A stretch of DNA of 64,000 nucleotides, taken from contig NC_058368.1 of the NCBI RefSeq assembly GCF_018350175.1, positions 96,970,001-97,034,000 of the forward strand. Reading direction: 5' to 3'. The position numbers and the translations under genes are program-made. The stretch comes from Felis catus. Its lineage: Eukaryota. Numbering within the stretch: position 1 is the first letter of the stretch; each line of letters opens with the position of its first letter. The notes below the pieces were generated by a model that searched no databases, had not been told where the DNA came from, and saw nothing but the letters and a program-made list of their open reading frames with translations. This document shows positions 13,559-26,284 of the stretch, one piece after another.

Positions 13559-14171
13559 ATGAATAAAGAAGATGTGGTATATACATATATCCAATGGAAT
13601 ATTACTCAGCAATCAAAAAGAAGCAAATCTTGCCATTTGCAACTATGTGGATGGAACCGGAGGGTATGATGCTAAGTGAAATTAGTCAGAGAAAGACAAA
13701 AATCATATCACTTCACTCATATGAGGACTTTAAGAGACAAAACAGATGAACATAAGGGAAGGGAAACAAAAATAATATAAAAACAGGGAGGGGGACAAAA
13801 CAGAAGAGACTCATAAATATGGAGAACAAACTGAGAGTTACTGGAGGGGTTGTGGGAGGGGGGATGGGCTAAACGGGTAAGGGGCACTAAGGAATCTACT
13901 CCTGAAATCATTGTTGCACTATATGCTAATTTGGATGTAAATTTTAAAAAAATTAAAAATAAAACAAGCTAAAATAAAAAAAAACATAGCATAGGAACAT
14001 AATAAAAATAAAGCGAAACAAATTTAAAAAAAAAGAAAGGCAAGAACTGGAAATGATGGATGGTAAAATGTGAAAGAAATTTTCTTTCTCAAAATTCTTT
14101 AAAAGTCAAATGATTGTTTAAAGAAAAAAATAAAAATGCATTATGGGGAAAAAAATAAACATTAAAAAAAA
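13559..14171 (+). mobile_element. 5'-truncated felid L1 (ORF2 end + 3'UTR) with extra 3' sequence, single TSD
   Basis: L1 3' motifs (aagaagatgtggtat..tgctaagtgaaattagtcag); A-rich tail ~13945-13984; further A-tailed segments; TSD aagaacaccaa at 13548-13558 and 14172-14182. Confidence 0.9.
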
Positions 14172-14289
14172 AAGAACACCAATATTCCTTACAAGTCTAT
14201 AAAACGTCTAACAACTGAGCACATCTTCTAAAGAAGCAATCATGGATTTCAAGAATCTTTGAAGCAGAAACTACAAGTTGCTAAGAGTC

Positions 14290-14768
14290 ATTTTTTTCAT
14301 CCTCCCTTAGAAAACCCAAATTTTATTTGGGGTGTCAGTCACTGTGACATTTCCCAGACACTCTTGCAGCCAGATGGATGTGATCATGTGACTAAGCTCT
14401 GGCCAATGCAATAAGCAGAGTCTCACATGGGAATTCTGGGTAATCACGATAAAGGAAACCAAATCAACTGGGGAAAAGCTTCTTTTCCCCTTTGTCCTTC
14501 TTCCACCTGCCTGACTACAAAACAAATTGGATGACTAGAACTTCAATACTCATTTTGGACCAAGAGGTAATACCTTTGAGATTGGAAGCCATGCCATTAG
14601 ATGATAAGAGAAAAAGGAGAGGAGACTGGGTCCCTGATGATCAGAAAGCACTGAAACCACTGTTCAGTGTGTAATATCAACATATGGACTAACTGGTGTT
14701 TACTAAATTGCTAAAAAAATTGCTACTAGTTTTTCCTATTAGCAGCCAAATCTAACTCTAACTGACAA
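14290..14768 (+). mobile_element. Old ERVL/MaLR LTR (MLT1J/K/L- or LTR33-like)
   Basis: 'catgtgactaagctctggccaatg' core and 3' end 'gcagccaaatctaactctaactgaca'. Confidence 0.6.
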
Positions 14769-16127
14769 AGGTAGACTCTCTTGTCCAGCTGGCCTACCTT
14801 GCTAGTAATCCTTATATTTTCTTTACTTAAACCATGATGACACTTTTTCATAACTGCTTATAATCTACCTCATTTTTGAAGAGTTTCCAAACTAAGAGCA
14901 TCAAGCCCTTGTCAGCCCTCTTACCCCAGGAAACTCTCTGCCCCTCATATTGTAGGCCTATTTCCTGGCTACTTTCTTAGCACCAAGGCTAAAATGTTTG
15001 ACATAATGGATCAGAGTCACAAAGGAGGAAGAGGATCTTAGGGGAAGGGAAAGAGAAGGAGAGCTGGAAGGGAACAAGGCAAAAAAGGGCCAAGGAATGG
15101 AGAGGACTTCAGTTGCTTCTCAATTTACTGTGGAAGGCATGTTTTGTTTTATTTTGTTTTGACCCATGATACCTCTCTATCCCCTCAGCACAGAATGAGC
15201 CATCAAAAAGAAGAGCTCGAGAGAAATTTCCAAAGAAAAAATTATAATTGAAAGAGGTACTATATCCCCTAGGAGTAGAACAGGAACTTTTCCCAAAGGG
15301 CGTTTTTAGTATTCCTAAAAGGCATAAGGTTGACCCTGAGTTTGGAACACATGCTGGGCTTCAGTACAATGCCCAGAACCAACCTCCACTCTCACATACT
15401 CCATGGGATGTGTCAAGGAGAAGATCCCTAGGCCTGTCTCTGCCCAGTGAATGACTAAAGTCTTAAGAGTTTACTGATCTCAGTATACACTTGTTTCAAC
15501 CCCACTCCTCAGGTCATTTTCAGTTTCTCAGAAAACCATGAGATGCATGGTAGTGAGAACCATGAGGTTGCCTTGGCTCTAACTATGTCTTTGCCTTTCC
15601 TGTCCTTCTGAACCCATTATGTAGTAAAATCTATTACAGAATCTCTACCCTTCCCTTTATGTGCACTTGCCAGTCAGATAAAGTCACCTGCAAGCCAGGT
15701 AAAAATGTCACAAAGGTCACTACCAAAGAAAGTAAAATAATATAACCATGTCCACAACAGAAAAAGAAAAACTAAAGCACCACTGACCTTAATATATTTA
15801 TATAGCCACAGGTCAATTTTGTGAAATTCCTTGAAGCCTCCCCCCTTCCAGTGATTAAAGAGATGGTTTATTTGAGTCATTAAGTTTTCCTGACATCCTC
15901 AAGTGGGAAAACACAGTTGCTATATCTTGAAATTTCATCCAGTCTAAAAAAGAGCATCAGGATTGAATATCAAGTATAGGCATGTCCCAACAGGAGGGTA
16001 AACCCAGCCCAGAAAGTATGAAGGTGGATGGAGATGGCCACAGACGACATCAAGAAGGCTGGCAGCAAGTAGCCAATCCCAACCATTAGACTGAAACTGT
16101 CAGTCAATTTTAAACAATTTTTAAAAA

Positions 16128-16360
16128 GGGGCGCCTGGGTGGCTCAGTCGGTTGAGCTTCCAGCTTCGGCTCGGGTCATGATCTTGCAGTCTGTGAGTTC
16201 GAGCCCCGCATCAGGCTCTATGCTGACAGCTCAGAGCCTGGAGCCTGTTTCAGATTCTGTGTCTCCCTCTCTCTCTGCCCCTCCCCTGTTCACGTTCTCT
16301 CTCTGTCTCAAAAATAAATAAACGTTAAAAAAAATTTTTTTTAATAAAAAAATAAAAAAT
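16128..16360 (+). mobile_element. Can-SINE (SINEC_Fc-like)
   Basis: ggggcgcctgggtggctcagtcgg head, (CT)n, aataaataaacgtt tail. Confidence 0.95.
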
Positions 16361-16558
16361 AATGTATTAGCTATCCTCTCAGATAATCTGTATTAATAAA
16401 AGATAATTTTCTGCATTATCAAGGGAATGATGTACAATTAATCATGTCCTTACAACTTTCCTGCATGTTTTATATGGCAAATGACTAAACCACTTCTTAG
16501 ATATTGATACAATGCAACATAATTTGGAGAAGAAATATTACCTTAAAAAAAGAAAAAT

Positions 16559-16770
16559 GGGTGCCTGGGTGGCTCAGTTGGTTGAGTGTCTGACTCTTGA
16601 TTTCGGCTCAGGTCACAATTCCAGGGTTGTGGGATCGAGCCCCACATCAGGCTCTGCACTGAGCGTGTACCCTGCTTAAGATTCTCCCCCCTCTCCTCTT
16701 CTCTCTCTCTCTCCCCCCATCCTTCTATCCCTCTTCCCTGCTCTTTCTCTAAAAAATAAAAATAAAAATA
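16559..16770 (+). mobile_element. Can-SINE (older subfamily)
   Basis: Head with 'gactcttgatttcggctcaggtca', CT-rich body, A tail. Confidence 0.93.
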
Positions 16771-17207
16771 CTATCATCTGGAAGACACTGAAAAATTACT
16801 AACGGAAGCAGAAAAAAACATGTTTAACTGTGCAAGTATACTATACTTGCATAAATTCATGAAAAAATGAACTCTATAAAATAAAATTATACAAACAGAA
16901 AACAGGCAAATATTAAAAGGCAAGTGAGATTGCTTAAAAATGGAAATGGTTGAAAGAAGAATTTCAGGGACACAAAGTGGGAAAACCTAAAATCTGTAAA
17001 GGATGTAGGGAAAAGTAGAAATTTAACTGACGCAAAATGAAGTAATGATGTGGAGAATGCTTGAGGACACTGAGAATGCAGAGTTCAAAAAAAAAAAAAA
17101 CAGGAGAGAAATGAAAACAATAAAGGGGCACTTTTAAACACCTGTAGCTAACACCATGCTTTATGGTAAAAGACTGAACCCTTTCCCTCTAAAACTAGAA
17201 ACAAGGC

Positions 17208-17320
17208 AGACCGTCTGGCTGGTCTGTTGGTGGAGCATGCAACTCTGGATCTCGGGGTTGTGAGTTTGAGCACTAGGCTGAGCACAGAAATGGCTTAAAA
17301 ATAAACATCTTAAAAAGATA
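17208..17320 (+). mobile_element. Short old tRNA-derived Can-SINE
   Basis: tRNA-like body 'ggtggagcatgcaactctggatctcggggttgtgagtttgagc' followed directly by aaaataaa tail. Confidence 0.7.
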
Positions 17321-17391
17321 GATAAAATTGGAAGCAGGCAGGATGTCTGGACTTCTGAGTCCTATTTAAATCATATTAAAAGTCGTACTCA

Positions 17392-17579
17392 GGGACACCT
17401 GGGTGGCTCAGTCAGTTAAGCGTACAACTTCAGCTCAGGTCATGATCTCGCGGTTTGTGAGTTCGAGCCCCACATTAGGCTCTGTGTTAACAGCTCAGAG
17501 CCTGAGCCTGCTTCAGATTCTGTGTCTCCTTCTCTCTCTGCCCCTCCCATGCTCATGCTCTGTCTCTCTGTGTCTCTCA
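17392..17579 (+). mobile_element. Can-SINE inserted in L1
   Basis: TSD aaaagtc(g/c)tactca at 17378-17391 and 17580-17593. Confidence 0.95.
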
Positions 17580-18945
17580 AAAAGTCCTACTCAGTGCAAT
17601 AGAGCAAGAAAAAAAATAAAAGCTGAACAGACTGGAAAAGAAGAAATAAAACGGTCTCTATTCATGGACAATGTAACTATCCATAAAGAAAATCACAAAA
17701 AATCCACACAAAAAAACTGCTGTAACTAATTAAGGAATTTACCAAGGTCACAGAATACAAGGTCGATATACAAAAATCAACTCTATATACTAGCCAGAAA
17801 CAACTAAAAACCAAAATTTCAAAAACAGTACCATTACAACAACTCCAAAAACACAAAATACTCAGGCATAAATCTAACAAAACATATGTAGGATGTGTAG
17901 GCTGAAAAATGAACAAAAGTGACATAAGAAATCAAAGAGGACCTAAATAGAGAGGTATACTCAGTACTGCTAAGAAGTCATTTCTCTATTAAGTGATCTG
18001 TAAGTTAAACATAATCAAAAATCCCAGCAGGATTTTTTAAAACTAGCAAAGCTGGTTTTTAAATTTATATAAAAAGTCAAAGAAATCAGAATATCCAAAA
18101 CAATTATGGGGAAAAAAAAAAACCCGCAAAGTTAGCAGACTCACAATACTTGACTTTTAAAGTTTGCTACAAAGCTACAGAAATTAAGGTATCATATTAG
18201 CATAAAGATAGAAAGATCAATGGTCTAAACAGAGAGTCCAGAGAAAGACCCACACAAACATGTCAAATGATTTTTGACAAAAGGGTGAGGCACTTCAGGG
18301 ACAAAAAGATGTTATCAGTAAGTTATGCTGGACGTGTATAAATGAACATCTAAAACGAACTCTATATGCAGAAAAAAGGAAATTTAATCTGCACCTTATA
18401 CCAAATTAACTCAAAATAGATTTTATAGCTAAATGGAAAAAATAAACCTATAAAACAGAAGAAAATAAAATCTTTGTGATACTGCATTAGCCCACAAATT
18501 CTTAGATACAAAACCAAAAGGATCGATAAAAGAAAATAACTGATAAATCAAACTTCATTAGAATAAAAAGCTTTCCCGTAAATCCCAGGTGAGAAAGGAC
18601 ACACGCCTAGAATAATATATAAAAACCTCACAAAAGTTGAAAGAAAACAAACACCCTCCACACATTTGAACAACCCAGCACAAAAAAATTCCCATGCATT
18701 TCCATATGCTGGGATTTACTCCTGAGACTGTCCTTTAAATTACTATAATGGAACTTCCTTATCTTTCACAATGTGGAAATACAATTAGGCAAAAGATGTG
18801 AACAAATATTCTACCAATGAAGATATATGGAGACAAGTAAGCACATAAAGAGATCATATAATTTGTTATTAGGAAAACGCAAATTAAAAATACAAAATAC
18901 CACTAGAAACCTAATAGAATAGTTTTGATAAAAACAAGTGACAAT

Positions 18946-19150
18946 GGAGGGCCTGGGTGGCTCAGTTGGTTCAGTGTCTGACTTCAGCTCAGCCCATGGG
19001 CTCACAGCTCGTGAATTCAAGCCCGGCATCGGGCTTTCTGCTATTAGCATGGAGCCTCCTTCCAATTCTCTGTTCCCCTCCTCCTCAGCCCCTCCCCTGC
19101 TTGTACTCTCCCTCTCTCCCCCAGAAATAAACATTAAAAAAAAAAAAAAA
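18946..19150 (+). mobile_element. Can-SINE (1st of tandem trio)
   Basis: Diverged head, CT-rich body, A tail. Confidence 0.9.
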
Positions 19151-19153
19151 TGT

Positions 19154-19350
19154 GAGGCACCTGGGTGGCTCAGTCGGTTATACGTCTGACTTTGACTCAG
19201 GTCATGATCTCACGGTTCATGAGTTCAAGCCCCACGTTGGGCTCTGTGCTGACAGTTCAGAGCCTGAAGCCTGCTTCAGATTTTGTGTCTCCCTCGCTCT
19301 CTGCTCCTCCCCCACTCGTTCTCTCTCTGTCTCTCTCAAAAATAAAAATA
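19154..19350 (+). mobile_element. Can-SINE (2nd of tandem trio)
   Basis: gaggcacctgggtggctcagtcgg head, tail aaaataaaaata. Confidence 0.93.
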
Positions 19351-19355
19351 TTTTT

Positions 19356-19583
19356 GGGGCGCCTGGGTGGCGCAGTCGGTTAAGCGTCCGACTTCAGCCA
19401 GGTCACGATCTCGCGGTCCGTGAGTTCGAGCCCCGCGTCGGGCTCTGGGCTGATGGCTCAGAGCCTGGAGCCTGCTTCCAATTCTGTGTCTCCCTCTCTC
19501 TCTGCCCCTCCCCCACTCGTGCTCTGTCTCTCTCTGTCAAAAATAAATAAACATTTAAAAAAAATTTTTTAATGAAAAAAAAA
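19356..19583 (+). mobile_element. Young SINEC_Fc (3rd of trio)
   Basis: CpG-rich near-consensus ggggcgcctgggtggcgcagtcggttaagcgtccgacttcagcc. Confidence 0.97.
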
Positions 19584-19584
19584 A

Positions 19585-20400
19585 GGCTACAGAAAATCCA
19601 ACACAAACTTGTTGAAGCAAAGTAAAAAATAAACTGACTCAGAATTGGCTTAAGACAGCTGCTTAAAAGGACTCAAATGATGTCACGAGAGACCATGTGG
19701 TCCCACCTGTCATCTCGACTTAGCTCTGCTCTCCTCTTCATATTAGCTTCCTTTTTTAACACAGTCACCTCCCAGTGGCCCATAAAGTGGTTGCTGGAGT
19801 TTTAGACCTTAGGCCTACCTTACAGCTTCTTAGATCTTAGCCTAAGACTTCAGCATGTGCTTTCTGGCCGAGTCTATAAAAGCGCTCTTTTTCTCGCTCT
19901 GATAGACCCTGCTTGAGTAACATGTTTGGCCTTTAACCAATGCAAAGAGCTAGCAAAGCATGGGTCACTTAAAACTGGGTCATGTATTCTTTTCTTTCTT
20001 TTTTTTTTAATGTTTATTTATTTTTGACAGGCAGAGCATGAGCAGGGGAGGGGCAGAGAGAGAGAGAGAGAGACACAGAATCCAAAGCAGGCTCCAGGCT
20101 CCAAGCTGTCAGCACAGAGCCCGACGCGGGCTCAACTCACAGACCGCGAGATCATGACCCGAGCTGGAGTTGGACGCTCAACCAACTGAGCCACCCAGGT
20201 GCCCCAGGGGTTCATGTATTCTATACCTGCAAGTGGGGAAGGTGTGGATCCTGGAGAAATCTGGGGTGAGATTACCAAAAAAAGTAAAATCATTAGGGGA
20301 GAGCCATGAGTAAACAGGTGCACACAAGCATTTTGGATCCTCGTTACCAAAAAAAAGGGGGCACATGTGGACAGGAAACAAAGACAGGAGCACCCAGGAA
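19585..20400 (-). mobile_element. MLT1K/J-like MaLR LTR relic, interrupted by SINE
   Basis: 'acagaaaatccaacacaaact', 'gactcaaatgatgtca', 'ctctgatagaccctgcttgagtaacatg' resemble antisense MLT1K. Confidence 0.45.
19991..20205 (-). mobile_element. Can-SINE
   Basis: TSD tcatgtattct; head ends cccaggtgcccc. Confidence 0.95.
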
Positions 20401-21299
20401 AGCAGGAGAGAAAAATGATTTCATCAAAATTGGTAACAAGGTTGAATCCTAGTTATTACAAAAGAGGCAGAGATCAGTAGCAGAGTAATAGCAACAAGAG
20501 ACTTGGATCAAATTCTGTAACTGCCACATGCTGGGGTCAAATCTGTCTTAGTGTCTGGTAATGATATGGTCACGTCATCCTATCTGTGACAAGAGAAACA
20601 CCTCAGAGAGGCAGGGCCTGACATTCTTCTGCTGAAGAATGGAGCGGGCTTGAGCTGGGTTCAGAGAAAGAAACATTAGCTTCGCACAGTGTCGTCAAAT
20701 CCTTGGTCTTTTCATTTCCTTGGCAATGTTGAGGATGGGAAGAAAGTGCCCAGCTGCTAAGTTTCCACGACCTGTGGAACAGTCCCCCCCAAAAATCAGT
20801 GGCTACATCTAAAGTCTTGAAATTGTGAAAACTATGCAAACTGCCCAAACCACAAACTAGTGACTAAACAAATTAGGCCAAGTGGGTAGGAGACTGACTG
20901 AAGGTCTCCATTTGGATTCTGAACTGCTTTCTTACGCTCCTATCAAAAGATGCAATTCAAAAGTGGAAGAGAGAGGGGACCTCACGGAAAGGCCTTGTGT
21001 GTCAGCCGGGGGCTGCCTAATAGATGATGACAGCCTGATGCCTCTCCTGGAGAGCATCATGACAGGTCTGGGTACTTGAAATCATTAGCTGCCAGAGGCG
21101 AGCTTCCAAGCAGCGATCGCCAGGCATGGACAAAACAGAGACTCATGTGAGCAGGCAGCATGCTAAGCCCCCCAAACAGCAACCGAATAGGCAGGGAAGG
21201 GGGGAGGTGTGGTGACCAGATCCTGACTTCACACAAAGCTCATGTTTAGCATAAGCAACTGTATGGTTACTACCAGAAGAGCTCTAATAAGAACTGCCA

Positions 21300-21500
21300 G
21301 GGGCTCCTGAGTGCCTCAAGTGGTTGAGCATCCAATTCTTGGTTTCGGCTCAGGTCATGATCTCATGGTTTGTGAGATTGAGCCCTGCATCAGGCTCTGT
21401 GCTGACAGTGCAGAGCCTGCGTGGCAGTCTCTCCCTCTCTCTCTCTGCCCCTCCTCCACTCATCACTCTCTCTCAAAATAAAAAAATGTTAAAAAAAAAA
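21300..21500 (+). mobile_element. Can-SINE
   Basis: Diverged head, CT body, A tail, imperfect TSD aactg(c/t)cag. Confidence 0.92.
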
Positions 21501-22984
21501 ACTGTCAGAGGTCTTGTTTTCCAGGGCCATTCTTAACTGTACCTCTGTCCTTGCTGGACCAAATTCTCCAATGTTCCCTGTGTCAAGGCTGGTGTTTGTT
21601 CTTATGGGTAACTGATGACTGTGCTTCTTCCCACAGCTCTACATGGAAGGTGTGAATTCCATTCTAACAAACTTATTTGTAATTTAATATCCTCATTCTA
21701 ACTAGATTTAGTTTTATATCCCTAGATGGGTTTGAAAAAACAACAGCATTTTTTTTCTAAATCTGAGTATATGCTATAACAAATGCACCAGCATTCGTTA
21801 TCCAAATATTAATTTCCTGCCAAGCTTGAAGTCGGATTCTGTTTCCATAATTTCTTTACAAACTCAAATTATTTAGTACATACATTGATTAAAACATTAA
21901 GGTACGTAGTGACATTTAATTTGAATGTGTTTATTGTGTTTATGCCACTAAATATTCATTCAAGACACAAAGAGAAAATGAGATGATTTTTGCACCTGCA
22001 AAACAATTGGAGAAGTGCCAGGGACTTTCTTTGCTCTTTACCTGAGGCTCTATGACCATCATCTGCATTTTCTTCCTTATTGTGAATTCTGGAATTGGTC
22101 CCTTCTGAGGCTGGGTAACTGTCATGAGCCACTCAAGTCAGTAGCGAGACCTCAGCATTGAATCGTGCTTGCTGTCAGCCTCAGCACAACGCCCGTCAGG
22201 CTCCTGAGAACCATAAACAGGCTTGGTCCCTGGTAGGTCCCCACAGACTGAATCTCAGGTTGGCAGTGTGCCCTAGTCCTCTACTCTGTTCAAGTACAAG
22301 TATTGCCCCCTCGCCCTCTCCAGTCCCCGAGGACTCGGTTTTCCCACCTGCAACCAGAGTTCCTTGCTGTTCTCCAAACGCTTCCTCCTGGACATTTCAT
22401 TGCTTTGTACCACCTGCCTGTCAATATATTCTTTTAGACCGGCTGGAGGCTTCTGCCTTGGTAAGACACCACCTGTCACCACTTGCCATTTTTAATACGT
22501 AATGCATATTCTGATGCACCCACCTGACTAGACACTTCCAGCTTCCCTGAAGATTGGCCAGGGCCTGCCCTAACCATGACCATGAAGGCTTCCCGTCCCG
22601 GCCACTTCACTACATACAGTTCTGGCTTGAACATGGCAGATACTCAGTGGAGGTATTTATTTGTTTTGGCTTTGTACCCTCAAATAATTGAAAATGGGAA
22701 AATGGGAATCTCGCTGTAAGCCTGGATCTGTGCAGTATGGCTAAATACCTGGCACCAAGTATTATTTTTGTCTTTAGACCATAAAAGAACACACCAGTTT
22801 ATTTCTTGTCCAAACACTAATTTCCCCACCATCCAGATGAGAATTCTCCAGTTTTGTCACTGAAAGAGCCCTATTTCAGAGGAGAATATATACATCATGG
22901 GTCAGACTTGCTTCCCCATGAGCTGTCTTGAATTCCAGTGTTCTATATTAAAAATAAATACAAATTTAGCTTTTATCTCACCAT

Positions 22985-22986
22985 AT

Positions 22987-23017
<31 letters not shown>

Positions 23018-23065
23018 TAGTTATAGATAGACATATATAGATAGATATAATTTTATCTATATATA
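22985..23065. repeat. (GATA)n tetranucleotide microsatellite
   Basis: Direct reading. Confidence 0.9.
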
Positions 23066-23749
23066 CTTGGATAAAATACATTGATATTGCATTTAAAAAT
23101 ATTTAATTATATCCCATCAAGTAGAAACAGTAGCCATTATAAGAATATGGATTTAGACTGTTCTGTGGGTTCATACACTTTCAATACACAGGTACATCCA
23201 TGTTCCCCAGCACATACTCAGACCCTAGTCTGATAATGCATGTAGATGTAAACTGAGGTTAATATTTTTTGAGAAGAAAATCATATGATCTATGGGATTG
23301 AATATAAATATGTTTCACAATGCCTGCCATCTTTAGGCTTCTTAAAAGTCTACCTTACTTTTTCTTTCTCCATGTCCCCTATAAAATCGAACATCTGTGT
23401 TTCCCTCAGAATGTTGTGAAGCTGAAAAGCTCCTATTTTTTCTTTTAAAAGGAAAATGGGAATTCCCAGCTACCTCAAATAAGACGAAATACATGATACA
23501 ATTTTTAGTCCTAACCTTACTGAAAACACATTAAATTCACGTATTAACTCTGGATCCACATTCTATCTGTAATTAGTAATATAAATACAAACTTTTTCCT
23601 CTCCCTTTTACTATTTCATCTCTGGCCTCTATATCTTTCAGAGGGAAAAAAAACTAAGCATAACATACTTGTCATAAAGGTCAACTTTACTAACTTAGAT
23701 TAAGATACCTTTTGGTGCCTAGTAATAAGGAAAACTGTATGGAGAGAGA

Positions 23750-23985
23750 GAGTGAGAAACAAACAGACTGTTAACTATAGAGAAGAAACTGATGATAACC
23801 AGGGGGTGGAGGATAGGGGGTGGGTAGGGAGATGGGTGAAACAGGTGATGGGGATTAAGTGTATACTTAGATGATGAGCACTGAGTAGTGTACAGAATTG
23901 TTGAATCATATATTGTACACCTGAAACTACCATAACACTACATGTTAACTATGCTGGAATTGAAACATAAAATAAATGAAATACA
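23750..23985 (+). mobile_element. Carnivore L1 3'UTR fragment
   Basis: 'gatgggtgaaacaggtgatggggattaag..gatgagcactgag..ttgtacacctgaaact..tgttaactat' is a typical L1_Carn 3' end. Confidence 0.85.
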
Positions 23986-25950
23986 GTAAAATGATCTTCA
24001 AGTAGATAATACAGTCCAAAAAAAAAAAATGTTACTTTTATGAGAATTTGATGGACCTTTACACAGAAGACTTAAAACAAATGCCAGTGGTCCTGGGAGT
24101 TCAGTCCTTTAAAAAAAGAAAAGGCAGGTTTATTATACAGTAAAGTTTCACAGAACAGTAGCGTTTATTACAATGTGGGAAGAAAGGATAGCGATCAGAA
24201 TGGCGGATTTCACAATTCAGAAGATCATAGTCCTGGAGGAGCCTTCAGGTCCTTTTTGGCTTCACCGTGTCCTCGGGTATTGGACACAACCCCCTTTTGC
24301 AAGAAAGAGAAGAGAGGAATAAAGGCTTCTTTGAAAAGCAGTGATAACGGGATCCCTGGAGGATTTCTGAGCTCTTGAAACAATGTTCATGGCAACACCA
24401 TGACTCTGCTTCCTGCTTTGGCGAAGGTTGCTGGGATATGAATTATGGGCGAAGCGTTGGAGCTATGTGCAAGTTCCTGTTAAAATTTGATTTCCCAAAC
24501 TCAGGAATGCAGTCGATCATTGGTTATATCAAAACAGTGCTTTAAAAGGTGCCCTACAAAGGAGCTCAGTACATGCAATACGCATCAATCAGCTTTGCTT
24601 TTATAAGTGGTCACACAGGGGGAAATACAAGGAAGATTCCATCATCCTCGGGTTAAAGACCCAGAAATGTCTGCAGAATTTGGTATCTCACCAATGGTCA
24701 TAATATCAGACGATGTCACCAGAAGTGATGTATGGAAATTGCTTCTCAGATCACTATTCAATCATCCATATTACTCCACTACGCATTTATCTTTAAATGG
24801 TAATAAATCTAGTTAATGCCTTCTTTACTCTTATAACATTCCTCTCCCATCCCAAATTATGGCATGTTTTTCTTCCATAAAAGTGCATTCTCTAAAAAAC
24901 AAACATACAAACCTGAAAAACAGACAGCAGGGGGGATATGTATCAAATAAGCATCTTAAATAGATATTGACTATCTGCATCTGTCTTTGAGAGTACTTTC
25001 GATGTGTGGTTTTGTGTTCTCTGATTCTCTCAATTCTCAGTTTCCAGCAACGGTAATATCAACTCAACAACACGTTTTGGGGGACAAATACTAAATAGTA
25101 ACCCCTTTATTCTTCAGCATAAAATCAGTTTGAGTGTATGTGCTCTTCCAATTCTAAAGCCGAAAGTTTCTCCAGCACCACTTTTGACATCAACACGTTT
25201 TTACAGCATCAAGATAACACACTGTTCACAAGCCATTCTTTCACATCTTTTCTTACTTAGCAACTTCAGGACTGATGGTATAATTTCCAGTGCTTAATCT
25301 GGACTTCCCACAGTTTGGAAGATTATATTAAATTTGTTGGCCGATTGCAATTCTTTATTGAATTAGTTACTAAAAGTTACATAGCTTCTCTTGCAAATGA
25401 CCTGGAAGCTGGCAATGGTGGCAAATATACAATGAGAGTCCTTCATGACATGTGAATTGTTCCTACAAGCCTGTCCAAGCTTGGGAGGAGCAAAGGAACC
25501 TCTATCCAAAAGAGTAGTAGTTTCCATGACATAATCATACTACCTGGGATTTGACAATTATCTGCATTCACATTCTCATTCAGTGCTGCAACACACTATG
25601 ATATGTATTTTCAAAGGCATTTACATGACATATGGTACTACCAGTATCAGTAATGTGGCTGAATGACCCTGAGATGAACTGATACCATCTGTATATGGGT
25701 AAATTCTTCCATGCACATGAAACGTGTCCTAAGGTTTGGTCCTCTTATTGTTGGTCACCTCTTTTCTTTTGCTAGAAACCAAACAGACCATCTCGATTTC
25801 AGAAACTATGCTCCAAAACAGATGTGAAGATAATTTGTTGGGGCTATATGGGAAGTGACAGTGTTTTGTTAATGGACTGTTAGCTACAGATATCTTCTAC
25901 AGAGGACTGACTAGCCTCCATCTGGCAAAGCTTTCTCTGTTTTTGTTAAG

Positions 25951-26284
25951 TGCGATAGACAGAATTTCTAACAGAGGGGGCCCCTGGGAAAGAATGCAGG
26001 GGGCCCTGGGAGCAGAGAGTGGATCCTGGCTACCAGCCAGTAAGAAAACAAGAATGTCAGTCCTACAATGACCAATAATGGATTCTGCTGACAAATGGAA
26101 GTGCATTCTTCACCAGTGCCTCTAAGATAAGAGCCCAGACTGGCCAACACCTTGCTTTTGGCCTTGTGAGACCCTGAGTAGAGGACCCAGTTGACCCCAC
26201 AAATATTTTGATCCACAGACTGTAGGTGTTGTTTTAAGCCAGCATATTTGTGGTGACTGTGATGGCGGCAATAGGAAACCAGCA
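25951..26284 (+). mobile_element. MLT1D-like MaLR LTR with internal deletion
   Basis: 'agccagtaagaaaacaagaatgtcagtcctacaa', 'gccaacaccttgcttttggccttgtgagaccctgag', 'tgttttaagcca..tttgtggt'. Confidence 0.8.

Larger units (their letters stand above)
17130..18945 (+). mobile_element. Old L1 (L1M-type) ORF2 fragment, interrupted by SINEs
   Basis: Degenerate ORF2 DNA: 'gtaaaagactgaaccctttccctctaaaactagaaacaaggca', 'aaggtcacagaatacaaggtcgatatacaaaaatcaac', 'gctacaaagctacag', 'tgatttttgacaaaaggg'. Confidence 0.85.

Noticed and set aside
16831..16851. Hairpin tgcaagtata-c-tatacttgca
   Set aside because: AT-rich short inverted repeat with no supporting context.
17208..17320. tRNA-like sequence
   Set aside because: Diverged, with an AATAAA/A tail; a short SINE, not a tRNA gene.
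19152..19606. ORFs of the MAQSVK.../GAPGWRSRLSV type, recurring across the window
   Set aside because: Chance translations of Can-SINE consensus.
24175..24816. Possible endogenous non-retroviral viral element or processed pseudogene
   Set aside because: The frames I translated show no motif I recognise, and there is no poly-A/TSD pair; a tBLASTx search would be needed.
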